This document shows, in pieces, positions 55,122-64,000 of a DNA stretch of 64,000 nt. The notes below the pieces were generated by a model. It was not told where the DNA came from. It did no database searches and saw nothing but the letters and a program-made list of their open reading frames with translations. The translations under genes and the position numbers were made by a program. The stretch spans positions 160,001 through 224,000 of the forward strand of contig CAWBAN010000002.1 of the NCBI GenBank assembly GCA_963786935.1, in the 5' to 3' direction. Positions within the stretch are counted from its first letter, which is position 1. Each line of letters starts with the position of its first letter. Origin of the DNA: an uncultured bacterium. Lineage in GTDB: Bacteria; Krumholzibacteriota; Krumholzibacteriia; Krumholzibacteriales; Krumholzibacteriaceae.

Positions 55122-58100
55122 ATGACACGGGGCGGGGAAAACAGTAACGGCGCGCGCGGGTGGCGCCGATGGGGCCCCCGCGGGGGGCGCAGCGCAAGCG
55201 AGCACGCGCGGGGTGCAATCGGCGACAGGACCCGCGCGCCGAACGACGAGTTCCGCGCCGCCATGGCGCGCCTGCTCGCCGCGGGGCGCGCGGCGGGGGC
55301 GCGGGGCGCGCTCGCGATGATGCTGTGCGCGGGGCTCGCCGCGTTCGCCGCGCTGCTCGCGGCGGAGGCGCCGCTGAGGGGCTGGCGATTTTTCCCGCTC
55401 CTGTCGTTCGCGATCTTTTGGGGCGCCCTCGTCGCCGCGGCCGTCACCGCGGCCGCGCGGCAGTTCGACGCGGTGCGCGGCGCCCGTCGGCTCGCCGGCG
55501 AGCTCGACCGGCGGCTCGGCGGCGGGAATCTCGTCGAAGCGGCGCTCGAATTCTCGAGCGGCGGAAATCGCGTGAGCGCCTACTCGCCGTTTCTCGTCTC
55601 GGCGACGGTGCGCCGCGCGCGGGAGCGCCTCCGCGGCCTTGATCCGCGCGAGATCTTCGCGCCGGCGCTCAGGCCGGCGTGGACGGCCGCGGGCATCGGC
55701 CTCGGCGTCCTGATCGCGCTCGAGATCGGGATCTTCCGCGCCGACCCGGCCGGCGTCGTTTCGTCGATCGCCGATCCGGCGCGGTCGTTCAGGTTCCCGT
55801 ACCGGTACAACCTCGTGGTGACCTCGGGCGACCGCAGCGTGCTCCCCGGCGAGACGGTCGCGCTCGAAGCGATCAACTTCGGCTCGATGCGCGGCGACGC
55901 CACGCTCCTCGTGAGCACGATCCCCGGGGTCTGGAACCGGACCGTGGTGAAAGGCGCCGCGCTTGCCGGCGCCTGGCGCGTCTATCGGCGCGAGATCGTT
56001 GACGTGCGCGAGGATTTCGTCTACGCGTTCTCCGCGGGCCGCGCGCGGACGGCGGAGCGCCGCGTGACCGTGATCCACCGGCCCGTGATCAACGGCATGA
56101 CGGCGATCCTGAGATATCCGCCGTACACGGGCGCGAAGCCCGATACCCTCGAGCCGCTCGCGGGACGGATCGTGGCGCTCGCCGGAACGCGCGTCTCGCT
56201 CGAGGGCCGGACGAGCAAGGCGATCCGGGACGGCAGGCTCCTGTTCGCAGGGGGCGGCCCGGTGCCGCTCGCGCCCCGGCCGGGGGGCTTCGGCGCCGCT
56301 TTCACCGTCGCGGCGGGCGACACGTTCGTCGTCGAGACGGTCGATTCGCTCGGCTTCACGAACGATCACGCGGTGAAGTATCCGGTGCTGTCGCTCGAGG
56401 ACGCGCCGCCGTCGATCGAGATCATCTCTCCCGAGGACGGCGCGGAGCTCCCGCGCACGTTCGTCACCGAGCTCCTCTACCGGGGGGCCGACGATTACGG
56501 AATCGCGGGGGTGCGGCTCTTCTCCATGCGCGAAGGGAAGGACGAGAGCTTCTCGTCGACGAGCGTGCTCGGGCCCTCGCCCGCGCGGCTCGCCGAGATC
56601 GAGGGGCGCTTCGCGTGGTCGCTCGAGGGGGTCGGGGTGTTTCCGGGTGACCGGATCCTCTACTATCTCGAAATCACCGACAACAACACGGCCACGGGGC
56701 CGCGGACCGCGCGGACATCGGCGCGGCGGCTCGTCGTGCCGTCGATATCGGAGATCTACGCGCGCATCCGCGAGGACGACTCGCGGCGGCGCGACGACCT
56801 CGAGGACGTGCTCGACAAGGGGCGCGAGGTGCGCGAGCGCATGAAGAAGCTTTCGGACGAGCTCAAGGTCGACGGGAACCTCGATTGGAGCCGCCGGCGC
56901 GAGAGCGGCGAGATCCTCGAGAAGCAGCGCGAGATCCAGAGCAAGATGAACGAGATCACGGCGGAGATCGACAAGAGCCTCGAGACGCTCGAGAAGAACA
57001 GGGCCGCCTCGCAGGACGTGGGGAAGAAGATCGAGGAAATTCAGAAACTTCTCAAGCGCATCGAGAGCGAGGAGCTCCGCTCCGCGATCGAGAAGCTCCA
57101 GAAGATGATGGGCGAGGTGCCGCAGGGGGAGCTCGCCGCCGCGATGAACGATGTCGAGCTCGACACGGAAAAGCTCATCGAGAACATGGACCGCACGATC
57201 GAGCTCCTCAAGCAGGTGATCAGGGAAGAGAAGATGGACGAGCTCGTCCGCCGCATGGACGACATGCTCGAGGAGCAGACGGCGCTCCGCGACTCGACGG
57301 CGCAGGGCGACATGAAGGACCTCGCGGAGCGGCAGGAGGAGCTCGGCGGGGAGGCGGACGACTACGAGAAGAAGCTCGACGAGTTCTCCCGCGAGGAGGG
57401 CGACAGCTCGCTCGCGGCCGAGCTCGACTCGATTCTCGCGGAGATGGAGCGGTCGAAGCCGGCGGAAGACATGCGGCGCGCCGCGCAGCAGATGTCGAGC
57501 GACGACCGCGCGGGGGCCCAACGCTCGCAGAAGAACGCGATCGACGAGATGCTGAGCCTCTTCACGTCGCTCTCGTCGTGCCGCATGTCGATGGGCCTCA
57601 CGATGGAGAAGGAGGCCGCCGAGTCGATCGCGCGCTCGACGCGCGAGCTCGTCGAGGCCTCCAAGCTGCAGGAAGCGGTGGTGCCGAAGATCCGCGGGCA
57701 GGGAGGGCGGGGGAGCGTTTCCGCCCTGATCGAGGAGGAGCTCGTCGTCAAGACGGCGCTCCAGAAGATTTCGGAAAATCTCTACCAGGTCGCGCGCAAG
57801 ACGATGGCGCTCTCGCCGAAGGTGTTCGCGATCCTCGGGCTCGCGCAGCGGGAGATCGAGGCCGCCCTCGGCACGATCGAGGAAGGGCGGTCACTCGAGG
57901 CGGCGCAGGCGTCGGAGCGCGCGTATCACGCGATGAATCTCGCCGCGATCGAGCTCCTGCGGGTGAACGCGTCGCAGGGAGGCTCGGGGGGAAGCGGGCG
58001 CGAGCGCATGCAGCAGCTGCTCCGGCAGCAGCTCTCGCTCCGGCAGGAATTGCAGCGAATGCTCCAGCGCGGGCGGGCGGGGCAGTGGTCTATGGAGGAG

Positions 58101-58541
58101 CGCGCGGGGATGGCCCGCCTCGCCGCCGAACAGCGGCGGATGGAGGAGGTCATGCGGCAGATCGCCGAGGAGAGCCGCGGCGCGCAGGAAGCGCTCGGGA
58201 AGGTCGACGATCTCGCCGACTCGATGGAGCGGATCGCGAACGACCTCGAAGCGGGCGATCTCGATCAGGACCTCCTCGACCGGCAGGAGCGCATCGTCAC
58301 GAGAATGCTCGATTCGCAGCGGTCGCTGCGGGAGCGGGACTACAAGCGGGAGCGCGCGAGCACCGCGGCGGGAGAGGTCCCGGCGCTCGCCCCCGACGAA
58401 TGGCGCGAGGGAGTCGACGACAACGAGGTGCTTCTGCGCATGATCCAGCGCGCGATGCAGGAAAAGGGACCCCGCGAATACGAGGAGCTCGTCAGGGAAT
58501 ACTTCCGGGCGCTCTCGGAGAAGGCGAGGGAGACGAAGTGA
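55122..58541 (+). CDS. DUF4175-like membrane-anchored coiled-coil protein
   Basis: N-terminal TMs, YPPYTG, ADDYGI, long coiled coil, RMLDSQRS and YFRAL. Start uncertain. Confidence 0.75.
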   Translation: MTRGGENSNGARGWRRWGPRGGRSASEHARGAIGDRTRAPNDEFRAAMARLLAAGRAAGARGALAMMLCAGLAAFAALLAAEAPLRGWRFFPLLSFAIFWGALVAAAVTAAARQFDAVRGARRLAGELDRRLGGGNLVEAALEFSSGGNRVSAYSPFLVSATVRRARERLRGLDPREIFAPALRPAWTAAGIGLGVLIALEIGIFRADPAGVVSSIADPARSFRFPYRYNLVVTSGDRSVLPGETVALEAINFGSMRGDATLLVSTIPGVWNRTVVKGAALAGAWRVYRREIVDVREDFVYAFSAGRARTAERRVTVIHRPVINGMTAILRYPPYTGAKPDTLEPLAGRIVALAGTRVSLEGRTSKAIRDGRLLFAGGGPVPLAPRPGGFGAAFTVAAGDTFVVETVDSLGFTNDHAVKYPVLSLEDAPPSIEIISPEDGAELPRTFVTELLYRGADDYGIAGVRLFSMREGKDESFSSTSVLGPSPARLAEIEGRFAWSLEGVGVFPGDRILYYLEITDNNTATGPRTARTSARRLVVPSISEIYARIREDDSRRRDDLEDVLDKGREVRERMKKLSDELKVDGNLDWSRRRESGEILEKQREIQSKMNEITAEIDKSLETLEKNRAASQDVGKKIEEIQKLLKRIESEELRSAIEKLQKMMGEVPQGELAAAMNDVELDTEKLIENMDRTIELLKQVIREEKMDELVRRMDDMLEEQTALRDSTAQGDMKDLAERQEELGGEADDYEKKLDEFSREEGDSSLAAELDSILAEMERSKPAEDMRRAAQQMSSDDRAGAQRSQKNAIDEMLSLFTSLSSCRMSMGLTMEKEAAESIARSTRELVEASKLQEAVVPKIRGQGGRGSVSALIEEELVVKTALQKISENLYQVARKTMALSPKVFAILGLAQREIEAALGTIEEGRSLEAAQASERAYHAMNLAAIELLRVNASQGGSGGSGRERMQQLLRQQLSLRQELQRMLQRGRAGQWSMEERAGMARLAAEQRRMEEVMRQIAEESRGAQEALGKVDDLADSMERIANDLEAGDLDQDLLDRQERIVTRMLDSQRSLRERDYKRERASTAAGEVPALAPDEWREGVDDNEVLLRMIQRAMQEKGPREYEELVREYFRALSEKARETK

Positions 58542-60631
58542 ACGGTCCGGCGCGGCGAGCGAAACGAAAGCTGCGGCGCGTGCGCATCGCGGTCCTTGCC
58601 GTCGTGTGCGCCGCTGTGGTCGTCGCGCTCGCCGGAGCGCCGGCGAATGCCCAGGTCCCCGTCAACGATCCCGCCAAGAAACCCGTTCAAGCGCCGCGCC
58701 AGGACCAGCCGAAGCGGCCGCCGCGGGGGCAGCCCGTCCCGGCCGAGAAGGGGCGCGCGACGGAGTCGCCGGGCGCCATGCTCGATCGCGCGAACCATTT
58801 CCTCATGCTCGGGCGCTGCGGCGAGGCGATTCCGATTCTCGAGCGGCTCTTGAAGGATTATCCGCGGATGGCCGCCGCGAACGAAATGCTCGCCGACTGC
58901 TATATCAAGGAAGGCCGTCCCGCGGACGCGGCGGCTCTCCTCGAGCGCTGTCTCGCGGCGGATCCGGAGCAGTTCGTCTACGCGCAGGATCTCGGCCGCG
59001 CGTACATGGATCTCGGCAGGCGCGAGGACGCGGTGGCGGTCTGGCGCGGGCTGCTGGCGGCCGACGAGAAGACCGCGTCGATGTACGGCCACGTCGCGAA
59101 GATGATGCAGGAGGCGGGGCTCTACGACGAGGCGATCGAGATCCTGCGCGAGGGGATGAAGTACCCGGAGACGGCGGACTATTATTCGCGCGAGGTCGTC
59201 CGGCTCGAGCGGGTCATCGGGCGCGAGGAGGACGCGTTCAGGGACGCGCTCCGGCTCGTCGGCCGTCGGCCGGGCGCGCTCGAGGGGGAGATCCGCGAGG
59301 TCTCCGACATTTACCGCGAATCGAAGAAGCGAGATCGTCTCGCCGCCATTCTCGATTCGACGGCCGCCGCGTCGGGGGACTGGACGGGCGCGTTCCGCAC
59401 GCTGAAGACGATCTTTCTCGTCGAGACCGGGCGCTACGACGACGTGCGCGCGCATCTCTTGGGCCCGAGCGCCCCCGCGTTCCGCGAGGACGAGCTCTAC
59501 GCGCTTCTCGTATATCTGGGGAAGATGCCGGTCGCCGGCGCCGATCCGCGTTTGGCCGCGCTCCGCGGCGATCTGATGCGGGTGTTTCTCGCCCGGTTCG
59601 GCGGGTCCGCCTTCGCGCCGCACGTCAGGCTGCTGGCGGCGGAGAACGCGCGGGAGGCCATGCGGAACGCGCCGGAGCAGGAGCGCGCGAAGCTGCTCGA
59701 GGAGGCGCTCGCGCACTGCGACGCGGCGAAGCGGAGCGGCAGGGGCGCGCCGTATTTCGACCGGGCCGTCATCCTGAAGGCGCAGATGCTCTATGAAGAC
59801 CAACGCCGCCCCGAGGAGGCGCTCGCCGAGCTCGCGAACGCCGGACGGCGTGACAGCCCCCAGCGGCTCGAGGTCGAGGAGCTCCGCGTGCGCATCCTTC
59901 TCGCTTCGAATAATCCGAAACAAGCCGCGGCGGAGCTCGGCCGCGTCGCGGCCGACGCGGATTCGAACGTCGCGCTCCTCGGCCGGTACGGGCTCGGACG
60001 GCTCGCGTTTCTCGCGGGGCGCTACGACGAGTCGGTGAAGACGCTCTCGGAGGTCGCCGAGAAGCATCCGGGGAGCCCGTGGGCGAACGACGCGCTCGAG
60101 CTCGGGATCGAGGTGCAGCAAGCGATCCCCGAAGGGCGCGGCGCCCTCGATCTGTACCGCGCCGCCGTGCTCGCGCGTGCGCGCGGGGCGCGCGCGGAGG
60201 CCATCGACTCGCTCGGCGCGCTCGAGCGGCGCTTTCCCGCCTCGAGCCTCGCGCCGCGGGCGATATTCACGAAGGGGGATGTCGAGGCGGAGCTCGCCGG
60301 CGGCGCTGCAGGGGCCCGCGGGCCCGGCGCGGGCGGTTCGACGGGCGCGCCCGATCACCTCGCGGCGGCGCGCGCCGATTTCGCGCGAATTGTCGAGAGC
60401 TATCCGCTCCACGAGCTCGCCCCCCGCGCGCTCGAGCGGCTCGCCGGGCTCGCCGAGCGGGAACGCCCCGCCGAAGCGCTCTCGACGTACGGCACGCTCA
60501 TGGAACGCTATCCCGATTATCCGTTCATGGAGCGCGTGCGCGGGAGATACGTGGCGCTCGGAAAGGCCGCCGGGCCGGGCGACGCCGCGGCGCCCGCAGG
60601 CCCGAGCGCCCCAAAGAAAGGCTCGAAATGA
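58538..60631 (+). CDS. Exported tetratricopeptide-repeat protein
   Basis: GTG start overlapping the previous stop; signal peptide; multiple TPR-like helices; ANDALEL. Confidence 0.78.
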   Translation: MNGPARRAKRKLRRVRIAVLAVVCAAVVVALAGAPANAQVPVNDPAKKPVQAPRQDQPKRPPRGQPVPAEKGRATESPGAMLDRANHFLMLGRCGEAIPILERLLKDYPRMAAANEMLADCYIKEGRPADAAALLERCLAADPEQFVYAQDLGRAYMDLGRREDAVAVWRGLLAADEKTASMYGHVAKMMQEAGLYDEAIEILREGMKYPETADYYSREVVRLERVIGREEDAFRDALRLVGRRPGALEGEIREVSDIYRESKKRDRLAAILDSTAAASGDWTGAFRTLKTIFLVETGRYDDVRAHLLGPSAPAFREDELYALLVYLGKMPVAGADPRLAALRGDLMRVFLARFGGSAFAPHVRLLAAENAREAMRNAPEQERAKLLEEALAHCDAAKRSGRGAPYFDRAVILKAQMLYEDQRRPEEALAELANAGRRDSPQRLEVEELRVRILLASNNPKQAAAELGRVAADADSNVALLGRYGLGRLAFLAGRYDESVKTLSEVAEKHPGSPWANDALELGIEVQQAIPEGRGALDLYRAAVLARARGARAEAIDSLGALERRFPASSLAPRAIFTKGDVEAELAGGAAGARGPGAGGSTGAPDHLAAARADFARIVESYPLHELAPRALERLAGLAERERPAEALSTYGTLMERYPDYPFMERVRGRYVALGKAAGPGDAAAPAGPSAPKKGSK

Positions 60632-61962
60632 GATCGCCGAGGGAAATCGTGACGGTCGTTGCCGAGCGGGCCCGCGCCGGGAGAGCCGGCGCGGGCATCG
60701 CCGCGCTCGCTCTCGCCGCTGCGTTCGCTCTTCCCGCCGCGTTCGCCCTCCCCTCCGCGGCCCGCGCGGATTTTCTCGTGCCGATGGACCTCGCGCAGAC
60801 GAATCACCTCAAAGCGTACGGGCTCGCCTACTACGTTCTCGCGGGCGGGGAGAACGTGAAATGGCTCCTCAACTATCGCGGCGGCTCGTTCCTCATCCCT
60901 GAAAAGCAGGGCTACGCGACGGAGGCGCAGGCGCGCAACGTGCGCATCGAACGCGTCGACGGCGCCGCGGCGGCATCCATATACGCCGATATCGAGACGA
61001 GCAACGCCGACGTGGTGCTCCTCGAGAAGGAGCCCGCGATCGCGGTGTACGCGCCGCCGAACAAGCTCCCGTGGGACGACGCCGTGATGCTGGCGCTCGA
61101 TTACGCCGACATACCGTACACGACGGTGTACGACCAGCAGGTGCTTGCCGGCGAGCTCGAAAAATACGACTGGCTCCATCTGCACCACGAGGACTTCACG
61201 GGGCAGTACGGAAAGTTCTACGCCGGGTTCAGGACGGCGGACTGGTACATCAGGGATCAGATCCTCAACGAGAAGCTCGCGGCGGCGCTCGGGTTCAAGA
61301 AGGTCTCCGAGGAGAAGAAGGCGGTCGCGCGCGCGATCAGGGAGTACGTCCGCGCCGGGGGATTCGTGTTCGCGATGTGCTCGGCGACCGACTCGTACGA
61401 CATCGCGCTCGCCGCGGACGGCGTCGACATCGTCCCGCGCGAGTATGACCACGACGGCACGACGCCCGGCTGCCAGAAGCTGCTCGATTTCGGGAAGACG
61501 CTCGCCTTCGAGAATTTCCAGCTCATCCTCGATCCGATGGTGTATGAATACTCCGATATCGACATGACCGGGGCCGCCGCCGCGCGCGGCGAGCCGCGCG
61601 ACTACTTCACGCTCTTCGAGTTCTCCGCGAAGTACGATCCCGTGCCGACGATGCTCGTTCAGAACCACGTGTCGGTCATCAAGGGCTTCATGGGGCAGAC
61701 GACCTCGTTCAAGAAGAGCCTCATCAAGAAGAAGGTGCTCATCCTCGGCGAGGTGAAGGACGGCGGCGAGGCGCGCTACATTCACGGCAACTTCGGCATG
61801 GGGACGTTCACGTTCCTCGGGGGGCACGATCCGGAGGATTATCAGCATCTCGTCGGCGATCCCCCGACCGATCTCGGCGTATATCCGAACTCGCCCGGAT
61901 ACCGCCTCATTCTCAACAACGTTCTTTTCCCGGCCGCGAAGAAGAAGGAGCAGAAGACATAG
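60628..61962 (+). CDS. Conserved exported protein of the family often labelled 'asparagine synthetase B'
   Basis: NHLKAYG, WLLNYRGGSF, PWDDAV, HLHHEDFTGQYGKF, GGHDPEDY and SPGYRLILNN motifs. No true AsnB motifs. Confidence 0.75.
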   Translation: MRSPREIVTVVAERARAGRAGAGIAALALAAAFALPAAFALPSAARADFLVPMDLAQTNHLKAYGLAYYVLAGGENVKWLLNYRGGSFLIPEKQGYATEAQARNVRIERVDGAAAASIYADIETSNADVVLLEKEPAIAVYAPPNKLPWDDAVMLALDYADIPYTTVYDQQVLAGELEKYDWLHLHHEDFTGQYGKFYAGFRTADWYIRDQILNEKLAAALGFKKVSEEKKAVARAIREYVRAGGFVFAMCSATDSYDIALAADGVDIVPREYDHDGTTPGCQKLLDFGKTLAFENFQLILDPMVYEYSDIDMTGAAAARGEPRDYFTLFEFSAKYDPVPTMLVQNHVSVIKGFMGQTTSFKKSLIKKKVLILGEVKDGGEARYIHGNFGMGTFTFLGGHDPEDYQHLVGDPPTDLGVYPNSPGYRLILNNVLFPAAKKKEQKT

Positions 61963-62385
61963 ATGAAGAATCGATTGGCGCTCGTTCCGGTGATATTCCT
62001 CGCGTCGGGCGTCGTGCTGACCGTGGCCGGGCTCGCGATAATGGTCGCGCGCGGGGCGGAGGCGCCGGTCGCGGCGCTCGCGCTGCTCGCCGTCGGGCTG
62101 CTCGATGGCGTCACCGGCGTCATATGGACGATGGTAGCGTTGTTCTCGCGGCGGGACGAGGCGCCCGCGGGGCCGGGCGTTCCCGGTGTCTCGCGGGGCC
62201 GGCCGCCAGCCCCGGGGCGCGCACCGGCGCCTGGGCCGGGGCTCCAGGCGCGCGCCGAGGAGACGCAGCGGACTCTCGTGCTCGCGAGCGGGCTCCTCGC
62301 CGTCATATTTCTAGGGGCAGTGCTCGCGCTGCTTCTTTATTTGCACGTAATTGTGAGCTGTATGAGGAGCTGGGGGCTTCTGTGA
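61963..62385 (+). CDS. Hypothetical membrane protein
   Basis: Three hydrophobic segments; ATG abuts the previous stop. Confidence 0.5.
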   Translation: MKNRLALVPVIFLASGVVLTVAGLAIMVARGAEAPVAALALLAVGLLDGVTGVIWTMVALFSRRDEAPAGPGVPGVSRGRPPAPGRAPAPGPGLQARAEETQRTLVLASGLLAVIFLGAVLALLLYLHVIVSCMRSWGLL

Positions 62386-62574
62386 GCGCCGGGGCCGCCG
62401 CGCCCGGCCGCGTCCAACCGCGTCCGGCCATAGCACGCGGCCGCCCTTTGTGGTTGCTTTTCGATAAGAACGATGCTAAATTACGCAGGTAGTCAGTTCA
62501 ATCCGCACGCGGTGTCAGGGCCGCACAAAGAATCGAACAAGATCCGGGATTCATTCGACGAAGGGAGACCCCAG

Positions 62575-63288
62575 ATGAAGAAGATCCTTGTCCTCGCGCT
62601 TGCTCTCTGGCTCATGGCGCCGGCGCTCGTTTCTGCTCAGGAAAAGCCGCCGACCCCGTTCAAGATTTACTCCGATAACAAGACGCCCGAGAATTTCGTG
62701 AGCGCCTACAACGCCTACAACGCGCAGCTCAAGGACACGGCGAACTACTCTGCGGTCGCCATGCTCGGCTGGCTCAACTATTACGAGCTCGAGCGCAACA
62801 TGGAGATTCTCAAGGCGAACACGGACAAGCTCACCGACATGAACAAGTTCCAGTACGGAAACATGCTTCTCGAGCTCGGACGCTACGACGAGGCGATTCC
62901 GCTGTACGCGCAGATCAACGAGCACAATCCCAAGTGGTCGTGCCCGTGGCGGCACAAGGGCACGGCGCTCTGGAAGTCGGGCAAGCTCCCGGAGGCCGTG
63001 GAATCTCTCGAAATGTCGATCAAGACGCGAGAGACGCACTATGACGCATACGTCGTGCTGGCTCAGGTCTATAACGACATGAAGGAATACAAGAAGGCGC
63101 TCGACACCGTCGAAAAGGGACTCTCGTACTACGGCAAAGACAGCGAGGATCCCGACAAGGAAATGAACACTCTCGAAGTGCAGTTCTTGTATCTCGATCT
63201 GCTCAAGAAGAACAACGAAACCGCAAAATATAAGGCACAGTACGAGAAGCTGCAGAAGCTCGTGCCGGGAGACGAGCGGCTGAAATAG
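62575..63288 (+). CDS. Exported TPR protein
   Basis: AGGGAG SD; signal peptide VSA-Q; TPR-like GRYDEAI, GKLPEAV and KEYKKAL. Confidence 0.8.
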   Translation: MKKILVLALALWLMAPALVSAQEKPPTPFKIYSDNKTPENFVSAYNAYNAQLKDTANYSAVAMLGWLNYYELERNMEILKANTDKLTDMNKFQYGNMLLELGRYDEAIPLYAQINEHNPKWSCPWRHKGTALWKSGKLPEAVESLEMSIKTRETHYDAYVVLAQVYNDMKEYKKALDTVEKGLSYYGKDSEDPDKEMNTLEVQFLYLDLLKKNNETAKYKAQYEKLQKLVPGDERLK

Positions 63289-63319
63289 ATTAGACCCACC
63301 TGATCGCTGCAGTCGAGTG

Positions 63320-63358
63320 GACGGGCGCCTTCCCCACGAGGGCGCCCGTCGAGTTTAT
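63320..63358 (+). terminator. Probable terminator hairpin
   Basis: GACGGGCGCC/GGCGCCCGTC stem followed by GAGTTTATT. Confidence 0.5.
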
Positions 63359-63476
63359 TGGGCGCGTCGGCACGCGGGGTCGCCGGCGCAACAAGGCGCA
63401 CGAGCCCGCGGTTTGTGATATAATGGCCGGTAGCGGCTGCGCGAGGGATGGTCGTTCGGGGTGATGGGAGGTTGGG

Positions 63477-64000
63477 ATGGAGGCGGAACGCCGCGAGCCG
63501 AAGCTTCTCGATCAGGTTCATATCGCCATCCGGGCGCGCCACTTCAGCTGGCGCACCGAGCGGGCCTACATCGGCTGGATCAAACGTTTCATCTTCTTCC
63601 ACGGGAAGCGGCATCCGGCGGCGCTCGGCGAGGCCGAGGTCACGGCGTTTCTCTCCATGCTCGCCACGCGCGATCGCGTGAGCTCCTCAACGCAGAATCA
63701 GGCTCTCAGCGCGATCATCTTTCTCTATCGGACCGTGCTCGGGAAGAATCTCGAATGGATGGACGGCGTCGTACGGGCGAAGCGGGTCGTGCGGCTGCCG
63801 ATGGTGCTCACGCGCGACGAGGTTCGCGCCGTTCTCGCCGAGATGCGCGGGACACCGTGGCTCATGGCGTCGCTCATGTACGGCGCGGGGCTTCGGCTGC
63901 TCGAGTGCGCGCGCCTGCGCGTGAAGGATGTCGATTTCGAGCGGCTCGAGATCACCGTGCGGAACGGCAAAGGCGGCAAGGACCGGCGCACGATGCTTCC
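63477..64000 (+). CDS. intI: Integron integrase (tyrosine recombinase), 3' truncated by window; absent from the ORF track
   Basis: My translation: [14 protein letters not shown]...[27 protein letters not shown]...STQNQALSA...[20 protein letters not shown]...GKGGKDR. GGGAGG SD. Confidence 0.88.
   Translation, partial: MEAERREPKLLDQVHIAIRARHFSWRTERAYIGWIKRFIFFHGKRHPAALGEAEVTAFLSMLATRDRVSSSTQNQALSAIIFLYRTVLGKNLEWMDGVVRAKRVVRLPMVLTRDEVRAVLAEMRGTPWLMASLMYGAGLRLLECARLRVKDVDFERLEITVRNGKGGKDRRTML

Noticed and set aside
60628..61962. Calling this gene asnB
   Set aside because: It has no N-terminal Cys amidotransferase domain or SGGLDS motif and appears to be exported.

Overview
High-GC bacterial chromosome segment, probably from an FCB-related lineage such as Ca. 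Krumholzibacteriota/Latescibacterota (inferred from FlgD/T9SS-type C-terminal domains and gene content; not verified). Recognisable housekeeping genes are the metG 3' end, a TatD-radical SAM fusion, rsmA, pdxJ, ald, gdhA, corA, ligA, a GH57/DUF4912 alpha-glucan operon and secDF. Accessory cell-envelope loci sit between them. (1) A predicted beta-barrel gene is followed by four lipoprotein genes, three clearly paralogous (2.6-7.4 kb). (2) A leaderless XRE regulator is paired with a conserved unknown protein (9.4-10.9 kb). (3) A 13-kb array of four mosaic ~1030-aa secreted paralogs is arranged as two two-gene units. Each unit has the same promoter and a ~230-nt conserved, structured 5' leader that appears to hide the start codon; the first gene loses its C-terminal sorting domain at a C7 tract (23.2-36.3 kb). 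(4) A 16-aa-repeat surface protein, an internally duplicated GT-C glycosyltransferase and an octaheme lipoprotein cytochrome follow. (5) A sigma54-type promoter precedes a very large NtrY-like kinase, DUF4159, DUF4175 and TPR genes. (6) An integron integrase is cut off by the window end. The best candidate for an undescribed system is the leader-RNA-controlled, recombining surface-protein array. No rRNA, tRNA or CRISPR array was seen. All family assignments are by eye, without database searches.
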